The notes beneath the pieces were generated by a model. That model saw only the letters and a list, made by a program, of their open reading frames with translations. It made no database searches and had not been told where the DNA came from. A program made the translations under genes and the position numbers. From a virus (lineage: Duplodnaviria > Caudoviricetes), in IMG/VR virus record IMGVR_UViG_3300027749_000112, positions 1,200 to 65,199 of that record: DNA of 64,000 bases. One strand, written 5' to 3'. Below are positions 46,686-56,657 of the stretch, in pieces. How positions within the stretch are numbered: the stretch's first letter is position 1; every line of letters begins with the position of its first letter.

Positions 46686-46803
46686 GTTAATGTTATATCT
46701 TTATGGCCGCAGCGGACGCATTGAATAAGATTCATGTTTTGGTGCCAACGCTTCATGATCCACAGATGTCCAGATACAAAGCATTGAATTTTGTTAAAGA
46801 TGT

Positions 46804-47460
46804 TCATTTCTCAATCCCTTCGCATTGGGCGATACAGCGAGCATAGCCACATATATCAACGATATTATCACGTTTAGGCGTATTGACGTGACGAGCTATC
46901 TTGGTCAATAACATCATAAAGCCTGTATCGACGGCATTGATGGGGGCTGTAGTGTCCTGCCTGATGCCAAGGTATGAGTTCCATAGGGATGCTAGGCGAT
47001 CAAAGTTCACCAAGGGATGTCCATAATCCCTCTGACGATCCCCACTTGTGATGCGGGCTGCCTCTTCAAGAATGGATTCTGGTTCAGGACTTTTCTCCAA
47101 CATGGGATTCTCAGCAATCATCAAGGGGGTCTGATATACGACATGTAAGCCGATCCACTTGGCTACTGCCAACTCTGCCGTAGCACCCTTGGATTGCTGC
47201 CAGCCATCCAGCATGAAGATGGCGTCACATCCAGCAATGGCCTCCACATCGCGAACTGCCACGCGAGCTAGGAAGGCCCTATCGATGGCGTCTGGCGGAA
47301 GTGACTCGACATCGGGGTTGTGTTCGCGATCGATGTCTGCAGGTGAGATGGCTACATCCCATCCGATCTCCTCTAGCCATTTTTTGGCTAGGTCGAAGGC
47401 TGGGAAGTTGTATTTTTCGTAGCCGCGCATGGGGCCGGCGATATAGATGGATTTGTGCAT
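46804..47460 (-). CDS. DUF4406-like (nucleoside deoxyribosyltransferase fold) fused to DUF6378-like domain
   Basis: IYIAGPMRG...NFPAF...WQQSKGATAE; SILEEAARITSGDRQRDYGHP...DNIVDICGYA. Confidence 0.8.
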   Translation of the reverse strand: MHKSIYIAGPMRGYEKYNFPAFDLAKKWLEEIGWDVAISPADIDREHNPDVESLPPDAIDRAFLARVAVRDVEAIAGCDAIFMLDGWQQSKGATAELAVAKWIGLHVVYQTPLMIAENPMLEKSPEPESILEEAARITSGDRQRDYGHPLVNFDRLASLWNSYLGIRQDTTAPINAVDTGFMMLLTKIARHVNTPKRDNIVDICGYARCIAQCEGIEK

Positions 47461-47485
47461 TGTGTAGGGTTGTAGGGTTGGTAGG

Positions 47486-48004
47486 TTACAGATTGATTTC
47501 GTACACCTGAATCTCTGTGCGCTCGTCAATTCTGGGGCACTTTTGTTGGTGAAACTCCATGGTTACAGCGGCGGGATTGTCATCGGTTATCAGTTCTGCT
47601 CTCCTGATGGCGTCGATAAGAAACTTGCAGCCGCCGGCAAAATTGTCGGCGTCGAGAAGTCTGCTGGAATACCTGGTGATGATAAGGCGGTATGGGGGCG
47701 CCTTGGGCTCCAGGAGGGCCGCATTCTTCGTTTTCCCCTTAGCCTTGGGCTTTACGGCTCCATATCCCTTCTCGACCTCCACAGCGCCGCCTGCGCCTCC
47801 GCCTTGGCTTTTTGGATTACTGACCAGTGCTTTCGTAGCAGTTGGTTCAGGGAGGGTGTCAGGTAGCCGGTTAGTACGAGGCTGTGTTTGAGAGTATACT
47901 GAGGTGGGTTTGTTAGTGTCATTAGTAAGGTGGGGTGAGTCATAACTTCCATCGGGATTTTTTGAGAAGCCCATGGATTGCAGTTGGTCGTGAGTTAAAG
48001 TCAT
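47486..48004 (-). CDS. RusA-like Holliday junction resolvase
   Basis: LLDADNFAGGCKFLIDAI...LITDD. Confidence 0.75.
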   Translation of the reverse strand: MTLTHDQLQSMGFSKNPDGSYDSPHLTNDTNKPTSVYSQTQPRTNRLPDTLPEPTATKALVSNPKSQGGGAGGAVEVEKGYGAVKPKAKGKTKNAALLEPKAPPYRLIITRYSSRLLDADNFAGGCKFLIDAIRRAELITDDNPAAVTMEFHQQKCPRIDERTEIQVYEINL

Positions 48005-48016
48005 AATAAATAGGTC

Positions 48017-48165
48017 TGCGGAGTTTGCGGAGTTTTAGGGGGTCAATCAGCATCCTCTATATAGAAACCCTTTTTTTAATACCTCTCTACTTTGATAAGT
48101 TGTGAAAAGTATTGTGAAACTCCGCAAACTCCGCACTTTTTGGGTGTTTTTGGGTGTTTTGGGGT
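48017..48165. other. candidate replication origin
   Basis: 19-bp perfect inverted repeat TGCGGAGTTTGCGGAGTTT (48017-48035)/AAACTCCGCAAACTCCGCA (48117-48135) around AT-rich core, then TTTTGGGTG repeats; downstream of primase-helicase. Confidence 0.6.
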
Positions 48166-48269
48166 TGATGGGTTGGTAAAAAGGAAGAAATGTCCGGTCG
48201 GCAAGCATGGTCGAAATTCCAACGCTGGCCGGATTTTCTGAAGTTAAGTATGTAAAGCAGTTCATGGGA

Positions 48270-50684
48270 TTAGATAAGATCCGAGTCCTCATATCTCTCA
48301 TCCTTTAACTTGAGCGCCATGACCATCGGATGCTTGTTCCTATCTGGCTTAATAACATAGTCTCTTTCCTCCATTACTTTTCGTATCTTTCTTGTACCAT
48401 TATAGCGGGGAGTTTCGCTGTTCCTTTCGCACCAAGCCTTATAGGCTTGTGAGAGACGCTCGATCTTGACGGCGGCTAGGACATCATTATCGGTACACTC
48501 GGAAAGGAATGTGCCGAACTGATCGCTCTCCTCACGATACTCTCGGGTCGCCTCGACAACCTGCTCTGGGGCACAGAGTCCAATGTCACGGGATTCGATC
48601 AATCCCCTTATAGCCCAGTTAAGGATCCCGGCTGCCTCACGCGAGAATTCGGTCATCAGCTCATGACGTGGCCGGCGCTCGCTCTCCTTAATGGTGACAA
48701 GGAATGGGATGGCATTTACACGGCGCCATATACCCTCATCAGTACCCTTGACCTCTGGCTTGTGGTTACCCATGAGCCAGAGCTTGTGGGTGGGAATGAA
48801 GACATAGGGATTCTCGAAGGGGCGACGAGCATTGATGGCGTCTCCTCCGGTAATGGCTTTTACCTGAGAATCTTGCAGAGTACGTCCCTCGGGAATCTCA
48901 TCGGTGAGGACGACACGCTTTCCCTCCATGGATGCCTTATGGTAATCGAAGTTGCTATCCGACTTGGCGGCCAAGAGGGCAGCGATCGGCACAGTAGTCA
49001 TCAGGTCTCCCAGGAGGATCTTGAGGACACCAAAGAAGGTGGATTTGCCATTGGCTCCCTTTCCGTAGGAGAAGAACAGGGCGTCATGGTTTACAAGGCC
49101 GGTAAGGCTGTATCCAATGGCCCTTGCTAGATACTGCTGGGTCTCTACGTCAGGGATGAAGCGATCGAGGAAGGCATCCCACATGGGGCACTCTGCCTCG
49201 ACATCGAAGGTGATAGGACTACGAACAGTGGCATTGTCTACAGGACGATGCTCACGGAAAAGACCTTCCTTGAAGTCTAGGGTGCCATTCTCGACGACAA
49301 GGATCTCAGGGTTCGAGTCGAAGTCGGTAGCTGGGAGCGCGAGATGGCGCAGGGCAAACTTCTCAACGCAAGTGACGTAGCTCCAATCGGCCAGTGATTT
49401 GACACGAGCTTGGATAGTGCTGATCTCCTTCTCGCGCGGATCCTTCTTAGCATCCGGTGGGGGATTGGCTGCAATCTCGTCATGGATAGATGAGATGACC
49501 GACTTGTAGAGGGAAGATAAGGTTTCGCTGATGTCCCAAGGAGTGCTGTTCGACGCATCGCGGCGCCAGATACCATCACAATAGATCATCCACATCTTGG
49601 CATGGATATTCCACACACGATGTCCAGTTCTGAGTTCACACCATAGGGCGGCATCTCCAATCTGGCCGTTGCGATAGGCAGTCATGATACGCTCGCGGGT
49701 GACTTCGATCGTGACCGGCTCTAGGTCATCTTCGGCATCATCCTTATGGAAGGGTGAACGCTCAGAGTCAGCGAATCGGATACGGCCAGCCCATCGCCGG
49801 CGTCTATAGGCTTCCTTGGCATCAAAGCCATGCTCGGCTGCCATCATGGCAAGGGTGCCTACACCGATCTGGGCTAGGCGAGCTTTGTGCTTGCTGACAT
49901 ATTCTCCATCCCTCTCTTCTGGTGACCAGGCATTGAGTAGCATGGCGCCTTCGAGCATGGGGAGGACTGACCAGACGGCTGATGCGATCCGCAGCCATGT
50001 GTCATAGTCTGGGCGCGACGGGATATAGTTGAGCATCTCCTTGATGTCCTCGGCCGTGCTTTCAATGGGAGGATGCCAAGTGGAAGCCTCGACCTCTACC
50101 TGATCAGGGACAGGCAGAACGGTGTAAGAGTCAGAGACTTCTGCAAGGGGGTCATGCGAGACGAAGCAGAGACGCATGGGATCCTTGGTCGCCTTGTCGA
50201 GGCGTAGGTTATGCTTGTCTTTGAAGTAGAGTTCGGCAGCGAACCATGAGTCCTTGTGACGGGTGGGATCGATCTGGACGACAGCCTTGAGGCCCTGACC
50301 GGATGGGCCAACGAAGACGGCACAGATATAGGGATCATTGATGAGGGACTCGCGCATCGCCATGGCGGTCTCGGGATCATCAAGAATAGGGTTGTCGGCT
50401 AGATCGAAGTCAGCCTGGAGCCAACCTGAGTGAGTGATCGACTTGGCCTCCGGCGAGAGTTCTCTGGCGCGCGAGAGGCAATGACAGGAGATCGTCACTG
50501 CTGGCAGTAGGCGTTTCTTGGCGTCATATCGGACACGATCATCGCGGCGAATATGTTCACGAAGCGGCGTGATTATTGATGCCCATTTCCCCTTGATAAC
50601 ATCATCAAGGAATGAGGAGAGAGGGATAGCTTTGTCGGGCTCGCTAGCGAGGGCCGATGGGAAGATTGAGATAAGGGACTGCAT
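48270..50684 (-). CDS. primase-helicase (VirE-N/BT4734-like primase, PriCT-2, D5/P4-family SF3 helicase)
   Basis: KKRLLPAVT, QADFD, GPSGQGLK; YDTWLRIASA; GKGANGKST, KAITGGD, NHKP. Confidence 0.9.
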   Translation of the reverse strand: MQSLISIFPSALASEPDKAIPLSSFLDDVIKGKWASIITPLREHIRRDDRVRYDAKKRLLPAVTISCHCLSRARELSPEAKSITHSGWLQADFDLADNPILDDPETAMAMRESLINDPYICAVFVGPSGQGLKAVVQIDPTRHKDSWFAAELYFKDKHNLRLDKATKDPMRLCFVSHDPLAEVSDSYTVLPVPDQVEVEASTWHPPIESTAEDIKEMLNYIPSRPDYDTWLRIASAVWSVLPMLEGAMLLNAWSPEERDGEYVSKHKARLAQIGVGTLAMMAAEHGFDAKEAYRRRRWAGRIRFADSERSPFHKDDAEDDLEPVTIEVTRERIMTAYRNGQIGDAALWCELRTGHRVWNIHAKMWMIYCDGIWRRDASNSTPWDISETLSSLYKSVISSIHDEIAANPPPDAKKDPREKEISTIQARVKSLADWSYVTCVEKFALRHLALPATDFDSNPEILVVENGTLDFKEGLFREHRPVDNATVRSPITFDVEAECPMWDAFLDRFIPDVETQQYLARAIGYSLTGLVNHDALFFSYGKGANGKSTFFGVLKILLGDLMTTVPIAALLAAKSDSNFDYHKASMEGKRVVLTDEIPEGRTLQDSQVKAITGGDAINARRPFENPYVFIPTHKLWLMGNHKPEVKGTDEGIWRRVNAIPFLVTIKESERRPRHELMTEFSREAAGILNWAIRGLIESRDIGLCAPEQVVEATREYREESDQFGTFLSECTDNDVLAAVKIERLSQAYKAWCERNSETPRYNGTRKIRKVMEERDYVIKPDRNKHPMVMALKLKDERYEDSDLI

Positions 50685-50685
50685 A

Positions 50686-50901
50686 TTATTGAACTGCTGG
50701 AGTAGGCTTGGCTTGGGATGCCTTGATGGATTCGTAAAGGGCTAGGAGCTTCGGCTCCTGTTGGATGATTATCTCGGGTGCGCGGAGGCCGATGAGTTCG
50801 ATGGTCTCGGAAAGGATGAGGATGGCTTGATCTCGCTGGCTCTTCATGAGGCTTAGGGTCTCAAGGAGGGCGTTGAAGTTCTTTTCGGAGAAGGCAGTCA
50901 T
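50686..50901 (-). CDS. hypothetical protein
   Basis: 71 aa. Confidence 0.55.
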   Translation of the reverse strand: MTAFSEKNFNALLETLSLMKSQRDQAILILSETIELIGLRAPEIIIQQEPKLLALYESIKASQAKPTPAVQ

Positions 50902-50905
50902 GGGA

Positions 50906-51127
50906 TTAGTAATCGCGGGCTTCGAGGCGCCGCTTCTGGCATTGAGTCTTGTGCTCGTAGAGGTCGTTCATATTGCCGGCAAAGGTGCCTTGCCTGATGC
51001 TCAGGGGATTGCCGTTGAGTCTGCCGCCGCCGATGTCGTGGTAATTGGGAAGGATGACTACCTTCTCCATCATCTGGGGCAGGTAATAGGTTGGGCCGTA
51101 GTAGCCTGAAGTACGGCGCCCGTTCAT
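50906..51127 (-). CDS. hypothetical protein
   Basis: Start MNGRRTSG, ATGA-coupled to helicase stop. Confidence 0.5.
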   Translation of the reverse strand: MNGRRTSGYYGPTYYLPQMMEKVVILPNYHDIGGGRLNGNPLSIRQGTFAGNMNDLYEHKTQCQKRRLEARDY

Positions 51128-52536
51128 AAAGCGCGGTAGAAGCCGATAGCCTCTGGAGAGACATGGATGCCCTTGATCCATTCTTTTAGGTAGAGGCCAG
51201 CGAGGGATTTGAGTCGGGATAGGGCGACATAGGCTTGTCCAGGCTCGCGAGCGGCGCGGATGTCGATCACGGCAGAGTCAAGGGTGAGGCCTTGGCTCTT
51301 GTGAATGGTCATTGCGTAGGCCGGCCTGAGGGGAATTTGCTCCATACTGGCGGAGTCTTCCCGCTGGGGGTCGAACGTCCATTTACGAGGCTCCAGCATG
51401 ATCTCTGTCCCATTGTCAAGTGCCACCTCGACGCATCGCTCGTTCCAATCTGTTACAGCCCCAAGCTGCCCGTTTACAGCCGCTAGCTCGCTATGCTCGT
51501 TGATGATATTGGCGGTGACCATGACACGGGCACCGGCCTTGAGTTTTAGGATATGGGGAGTGATGGAGTTCTTGCGGAGGAAGTCCGTCTCATGCTCCGC
51601 CCCTGAGAACGTGGCATTGAAGATGGTCTCTGGCCCCTCGATCTCTCCGATCTGATACTCGTTCCACTTGTCCACTTGGACGTTGTGCGTCATGAGGCGG
51701 ATTATCTTGCGATCGGTGAACATCTTGACTCGGGAGGCAAGGACATCGGCTACTGCCTGGGAGATGCGACCCTCTCGGAAGTTGTTGAGCGCCTCGATGA
51801 AGATTGGCTCGTCTTGGCGATGGATGTTGGTCAGGTAGGCGTTGCGAAAGCCGCCGCCATGCCATGACTTCGACAGGAAGGCCCAATCGTAGAGGCCGGT
51901 CTTGGAGACGGGCGGGAGCTGTAGGAAATCGCCGACGAGCACCATCTGGATACCGCCAAATGGCATCTCAGAGCTGCGGATCTTGCGGAAGTGGAAGTCG
52001 AGATAGTCGAGAAGGCGCCCTGGGAGCATAGAGACCTCATCAATGACAAGGCATTCTGCGTACTGAACGCGCCTGAAAGCATTGCCACGAGAACGCGACA
52101 TGTTGTTACTCAGGAAGGCGAAGTAATGCTCGAAGGACTGACCTGGGGCTGGGCCTAGGGCTATACCGGCCCATCGATAGATCGTATGAGCTGGCAGCCC
52201 CATGCCGGCCTTCTCGCGGAACTGATCCTGCAAGTTGAGGGCCGCGATGCCGGTTGTGGCGCAGACATCGACCCGCTGATACGCTTGGCCGATGAAAGCG
52301 ATGAGGGTGGCGGATTTGCCCGTGCCAGCCATGCCGGTTAGGAAGACATTGCCTCCGCCTTGCATGAGATCGATGGCGCGTTGCTGGCCGGCGTCTGGTC
52401 TAAAAGTCTTCGACGGTGGCGTTGAAGAAGTGGATAAGGGTCGCGATGTCTGCGACTTCTTGTAGGTCTGATCCGTTAAGCCAGCCCATGTTGTGGGCGG
52501 CTCTAAGGTTGCGAGCGATGCGGTGAGATTCTTCAT
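51124..52536 (-). CDS. Pif1/RecD-like SF1B helicase
   Basis: GMAGTGKS, IDEVSM, PFGGIQMVLVGDFLQLPPV, AYAMTIHKSQGLT, YVALSR. Confidence 0.95.
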   Translation of the reverse strand: MKNLTASLATLEPPTTWAGLTDQTYKKSQTSRPLSTSSTPPSKTFRPDAGQQRAIDLMQGGGNVFLTGMAGTGKSATLIAFIGQAYQRVDVCATTGIAALNLQDQFREKAGMGLPAHTIYRWAGIALGPAPGQSFEHYFAFLSNNMSRSRGNAFRRVQYAECLVIDEVSMLPGRLLDYLDFHFRKIRSSEMPFGGIQMVLVGDFLQLPPVSKTGLYDWAFLSKSWHGGGFRNAYLTNIHRQDEPIFIEALNNFREGRISQAVADVLASRVKMFTDRKIIRLMTHNVQVDKWNEYQIGEIEGPETIFNATFSGAEHETDFLRKNSITPHILKLKAGARVMVTANIINEHSELAAVNGQLGAVTDWNERCVEVALDNGTEIMLEPRKWTFDPQREDSASMEQIPLRPAYAMTIHKSQGLTLDSAVIDIRAAREPGQAYVALSRLKSLAGLYLKEWIKGIHVSPEAIGFYRAL

Positions 52537-52542
52537 CTTCCG

Positions 52543-52944
52543 TTAAAAGGGTTGGCCTGGTGAGGGGCAGTTGAGGAGCGGGAGCTTGAGGAGTAGGATC
52601 GGCTTTGGTAGGCCCTGTGGCTTTACGGCGATCCACCCTTGGGCGGCTATTGGATCGATCACGATCCCGAGATCCGTGTCGAACGAGTGCAGTGAGCGAA
52701 ACCACTGCAGGGCGTCTTCGGCACTGCCCTGTGGCGGGTAATCCATTGGGAATGTCTCCCCCAGTTGAGTGTTCCCCAGCTCGCGGGGAGCTGGGGGTAA
52801 GACTTTTGGGGCTAACTCATCCAGCGTGTACTTGATGGAGGCAGCCATCTTTGCCTTCTCGTCGGAGGCGCGGATAACTACTCCAGAAGACGGAGGGACT
52901 GCGGCTGCAGCTTTTGCAGCCATGATTTCGGCTAGGGTTGGCAT
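52543..52944 (-). CDS. hypothetical protein
   Basis: Start MPTLAEIM. Confidence 0.6.
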   Translation of the reverse strand: MPTLAEIMAAKAAAAVPPSSGVVIRASDEKAKMAASIKYTLDELAPKVLPPAPRELGNTQLGETFPMDYPPQGSAEDALQWFRSLHSFDTDLGIVIDPIAAQGWIAVKPQGLPKPILLLKLPLLNCPSPGQPF

Positions 52945-52949
52945 GGCCG

Positions 52950-53267
52950 TTATTTCTCCTGCCAATCCCCGCAGTAATCATCGTGGACGACCATGGGCCA
53001 TAGCGCACGAGGCTGATCGGGAGCCGTCTCTTCGGTTACGGTCGGCCTCGGGGCGAATCGATGGCAGGAGAAGTAAGCGTCTCCCGTCTTGCCGTCAGCC
53101 CACAGGCAAGTGCAGCACATGGTCATGAGGCGCGGCTTCTTAACCCATGTGACAAACTTCCCGTCCTGATCAACCTCCTTGCCGTAATGCATGAGTTCGG
53201 GAGTAAGAACGATACTGTTGTTTGGATCTTTTAATGCGTGTTTCATAGAATCGTGGTTAGGGATCAC
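52950..53267 (-). CDS. Cys-motif protein
   Basis: CCTC...CHRFAP...WPMV..DDYCGDW. Confidence 0.6.
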   Translation of the reverse strand: MIPNHDSMKHALKDPNNSIVLTPELMHYGKEVDQDGKFVTWVKKPRLMTMCCTCLWADGKTGDAYFSCHRFAPRPTVTEETAPDQPRALWPMVVHDDYCGDWQEK

Positions 53268-53390
53268 TTAACGTCTCCAGTACAGATGCAATGGAGGTTG
53301 CGGAGGTATCTCCCCCATCGGTTCCAACAGACGTTGCAGCAACCATCTGCTGGGGTTTGCGGCTTATTGAGAGGTCTCATAAGTGTTGGA

Positions 53391-53690
53391 TTAGTAATCG
53401 AATTGAGGGATCCGACTTGGGATCATCACGGGGATGATCTTCCTGCCCGTTAGTGAGCAAGGGCGCCTGTCGCACTCGACAAGCCGGCCCTTCTTCTTCA
53501 GGCCGTTGACTCGACCTGAGACGGCATTGATTGCGATCCCTGTCAGATTACTCAGTTCCTTGAGTGAATAGTTCCACGAAGGCTTGATGACATGGAGAAT
53601 GGCTTCCTCCTGATTGGCGAGCTGACCTTCACCGCGAAGGGAAGCGTATGACTCATGAGAACTGCTGCGGACGTTTGTGTGTAGGCGCAT
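53391..53690 (-). CDS. winged-HTH DNA-binding protein
   Basis: SLKELSNLTGIAINAVSGRVNGLKKKGRL...RPCSLTGR. Confidence 0.75.
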   Translation of the reverse strand: MRLHTNVRSSSHESYASLRGEGQLANQEEAILHVIKPSWNYSLKELSNLTGIAINAVSGRVNGLKKKGRLVECDRRPCSLTGRKIIPVMIPSRIPQFDY

Positions 53691-53695
53691 GGTTT

Positions 53696-54442
53696 TTAGT
53701 AGTCGTATTTCTCGACCTTGATTACGGGAGCATTGCGAACGACGGCTGATGCTTCAGACCAAATGCGGAGTCCTGGGATGGGCTTGCCATTGGTCGTCTT
53801 GATGATTGCGCGGATGGCCGCGCTGGATGGCTCGATGACGCATAGGTCAGGACGTGCGGCGTAGAGGGCTTCCACATCGCTCACCTCGAACTTCCAAGTG
53901 GAGCGGGTTGTGATGTTGTCTACTCGCGGCCCTTGGGCGGCTATGAGTGCCAGTTGGCTCTCGGCAATCTTGTCGGCTGCCTCGGCGCGCGCGGCATCTG
54001 CTGCCTCTGCATCGCCGGCCTCTACGGCTGCGCGCTGCTTCTTCTGCATCTCGATCATGGCCTCGTTTTGGGCATGAGCTGCTATCTCCTTCTCCTTCTC
54101 CGCCTTGCGGCGGTTCGCCTCTTGATGAGCACCTATCATGGAAGACAGACGGCCGGCCTCATCTTCGAGGGGCATCAGGTAATCCTTGGCGATCGAGTCA
54201 ATACGACGAGAGACTTCGAGAACCGGCGCTTTGACTTGCTTGCGCGAGTCTTCAATGGAGCGAGTGAGGCTCTTGATGGCAGTCAGTGCGGAGGCCGCAT
54301 TGTCCAGATCGGTCACATTCTCAATGACCGTGATAGATTCGGCCGTGGTGAGAGCCACCGCCCGCGCATTATACGCAGACGGGGCTAACTCGACCTCGGG
54401 TTGTGGCAGGGAGCCACAAACGATGATCTCTAGGCTGTTCAC
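53696..54442 (-). CDS. coiled-coil phage protein (Gam/Gp157-like)
   Basis: IEDSRKQVKAPVL...WKFEVSD...IPGLRIW; GTG start overlapping upstream TGA. Confidence 0.65.
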   Translation of the reverse strand: MNSLEIIVCGSLPQPEVELAPSAYNARAVALTTAESITVIENVTDLDNAASALTAIKSLTRSIEDSRKQVKAPVLEVSRRIDSIAKDYLMPLEDEAGRLSSMIGAHQEANRRKAEKEKEIAAHAQNEAMIEMQKKQRAAVEAGDAEAADAARAEAADKIAESQLALIAAQGPRVDNITTRSTWKFEVSDVEALYAARPDLCVIEPSSAAIRAIIKTTNGKPIPGLRIWSEASAVVRNAPVIKVEKYDY

Positions 54443-54759
54443 AGGGAAAATTCCTCCTGTGCTGGATTCTTGACCGAGCACTCAGCCTCATCAGATGTCT
54501 TCTGAGAGAAGGAGAGCTTGGCATGCAGGTCGCGGTTAGCTCCTGAGTGATCTAACTTGAGCGAGATGGAGACGCTTCCGGTGCCATCTTCACTACGAGC
54601 GATCGTTGTGAGGATGCCGTGCCAGTTGCTATCCAGAAGTTCTGCAATCAGCGTTTGGGCTGTCTGCAATTCCTTGGTGTTGAACTCCTGCGCCAGAAGC
54701 GCAGGAGTTATATCAACCTTCTCCCCTGTGGGGGACGTGATGGATACGGTGGTAGACAT
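54439..54759 (-). CDS. hypothetical protein
   Basis: Start MSTTVSIT. Confidence 0.6.
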   Translation of the reverse strand: MSTTVSITSPTGEKVDITPALLAQEFNTKELQTAQTLIAELLDSNWHGILTTIARSEDGTGSVSISLKLDHSGANRDLHAKLSFSQKTSDEAECSVKNPAQEEFSL

Positions 54760-54760
54760 C

Positions 54761-55510
54761 TTAGTAAGGAGATGACTCCGTTCCGATGGCTTCGACCGCC
54801 AGCTTGAGAGCCGCAGCGAGACGCTTATCGTCGGCCGTTGGCTTCTTGTTGGCCGTGTGAGATGGCAACCAATTCTCGTTGAGCTTGGTGATGGCCTCGG
54901 CATCGAGATCGCGCATCTCTACTCCCGAGTGCTGACCAACGTGCACCTTCACCTTCGTCCAATCGGAGCCGGCAGCGGTATCGTCGATCGACTCGACAGA
55001 TGCCATGCCTTCGGACGGCTTTGCAGCACCGCGATAGGCAGTGCCTTCGCCGCCCTGATCCACCTTGGCCTCCTTGTCCTTCTTGCGGGTGAACTTACCT
55101 GTCGCTGCCATGGGCTCGCCCTTGTGGGGAGTACAGGCGGCGATGTTGGCATAGACCTTTTCGCCCACTTCCTCGTGGACGATCGTAAGGCTAGCGTTCT
55201 TGCCGATGAAGGCCTCGGTATCGAGTTCCTTCTCTTCGGCGGCAGTGAGGTCGCGGCCATTCCACTGGCGCAGGAACTTCCTGAATGATGCCTTCTCATT
55301 AAGGCTAGGTGTGAATCCCCTGCTCCAGATGAGCTGCTTACTACCATCCTTGCGGAGCGGCGCATTGGTCTCGAAGACCAGGCGGAACTCTTCCTTCGGG
55401 CCAAAGTTCGTCTGGCGTGTTGTCGGCGGGGTGACATCGACGCAGACCCCGATAAAGGTTCCGTCGTCGTGTGGGAGGAAATCCCCTCCTCCTGATGTGC
55501 TTAGTTTCAT
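54761..55510 (-). CDS. SSB-like/replication protein
   Basis: FTPSLNEKASFRKFLRQW.GR...IGKNASLTIVH...YANI. Confidence 0.7.
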   Translation of the reverse strand: MKLSTSGGGDFLPHDDGTFIGVCVDVTPPTTRQTNFGPKEEFRLVFETNAPLRKDGSKQLIWSRGFTPSLNEKASFRKFLRQWNGRDLTAAEEKELDTEAFIGKNASLTIVHEEVGEKVYANIAACTPHKGEPMAATGKFTRKKDKEAKVDQGGEGTAYRGAAKPSEGMASVESIDDTAAGSDWTKVKVHVGQHSGVEMRDLDAEAITKLNENWLPSHTANKKPTADDKRLAAALKLAVEAIGTESSPY

Positions 55511-55758
55511 AGTGTTGCGTTGCGTTTCCTTGTGTTATGCTCTGAGCCGGTTTTTCCCGACATGGGCGTTTTGTTGTTCTGCTAAACTCGGGCTACTTAA
55601 CCCGAGAAATTGGTTTAATTGGGAAGGCCGTGGATCGAATCTTCAGCCCTGTTTTCCGCTGCAGGTCAGCCCTCTCAAACCCTGTTATGCGCTTGTATCC
55701 ATCCCACATCCGAGTGAACCAAGCCGGTTGTTTTGAGGGCGTCACTGACATCGGGTAA

Positions 55759-55995
55759 TTAGGCCTCCTGATAGAGGTGGAACTCTTCGTCCTCACAAAG
55801 ATCAGTGTAGGTGTCGTAATTGTCCAAGGCGTCCTGGACGAATTCCGAAACGATTCCGTTTACATAGCCTCCAGCCATCTGGAGGGTGGATAGGGCGACG
55901 GCGAGGTCACGGGCAATGACTTCTAGGTCGAATTCCGCGTCGCAGATGATGTCTTCGACTTCGATAGGGGGTGCGGGTTTTGATTTGCAGCTCAT
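55759..55995 (-). CDS. hypothetical acidic protein
   Basis: Start MSCKSKP. Confidence 0.5.
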   Translation of the reverse strand: MSCKSKPAPPIEVEDIICDAEFDLEVIARDLAVALSTLQMAGGYVNGIVSEFVQDALDNYDTYTDLCEDEEFHLYQEA

Positions 55996-56000
55996 GGTGT

Positions 56001-56657
56001 TTACTTGGTTGGTTTGGTGTTGGACTGACGAAAGAGAAGCTCCTGCTTGACGGCTTCGATGGTGGAGTGGACTTTCTCCACATCGGCCACCCAGCGAGTA
56101 AGCACGTCGGTGGGCCAGGTCTTGATGGCCTGGGTGCCGCCAACCTTGTTCTCCCAGCGCTCCCATTGGTTCACCATGCCGTGATAGTTCACGATGCCGC
56201 TCCCGCGACCTGATAGCTCTGCAATCTCCTCCTTGGTGATGATGCGGCCGGCCTCGATGGAACGCTTTAGCTCCATGGCGTTGAGCTTGTGATCAAGGGA
56301 CTGTTGGAGCCATCCGGTCTGATCGTAGGTGGATAGGCGGGATACGACGAAGTAGTGTTCGGCGGTCAGGCTTGGATGGCGCAATCCTTTGGGCACGGTG
56401 GCTATGCCAAGGGCCTTGCTGACCTCGACTGGCGATATGTCGATCTCGACGAAGACACCCTGCAGCTCTTCGAGCATGTCTTTGCGATGGGCGAACTCCA
56501 GAATGTCAGCCAAAGCGATCGAGCTGATATTCTCCCATGCTGCGAAGTTGCGTAGGAATGAGCTGATCTCATCGATTGTCGTCTCCTCTGGGATGACGAC
56601 TTGGTTCTTTTCCCATTTAAGGATGGGGGCGTTATTGCCGAGTAGGGACAGTTCCAT
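56001..56657 (-). CDS. LmbU-like DNA-binding protein
   Basis: Start MELSLL; RHPSLTAEHYFVV...QTGWL...ELKRSI. Confidence 0.55.
   Translation of the reverse strand: MELSLLGNNAPILKWEKNQVVIPEETTIDEISSFLRNFAAWENISSIALADILEFAHRKDMLEELQGVFVEIDISPVEVSKALGIATVPKGLRHPSLTAEHYFVVSRLSTYDQTGWLQQSLDHKLNAMELKRSIEAGRIITKEEIAELSGRGSGIVNYHGMVNQWERWENKVGGTQAIKTWPTDVLTRWVADVEKVHSTIEAVKQELLFRQSNTKPTK

Noticed and set aside
55600-55720. tRNA-like sequence on the minus strand (TTCGATCC)
   Set aside because: T-stem and acceptor stem do not pair; the region is probably a short CDS.
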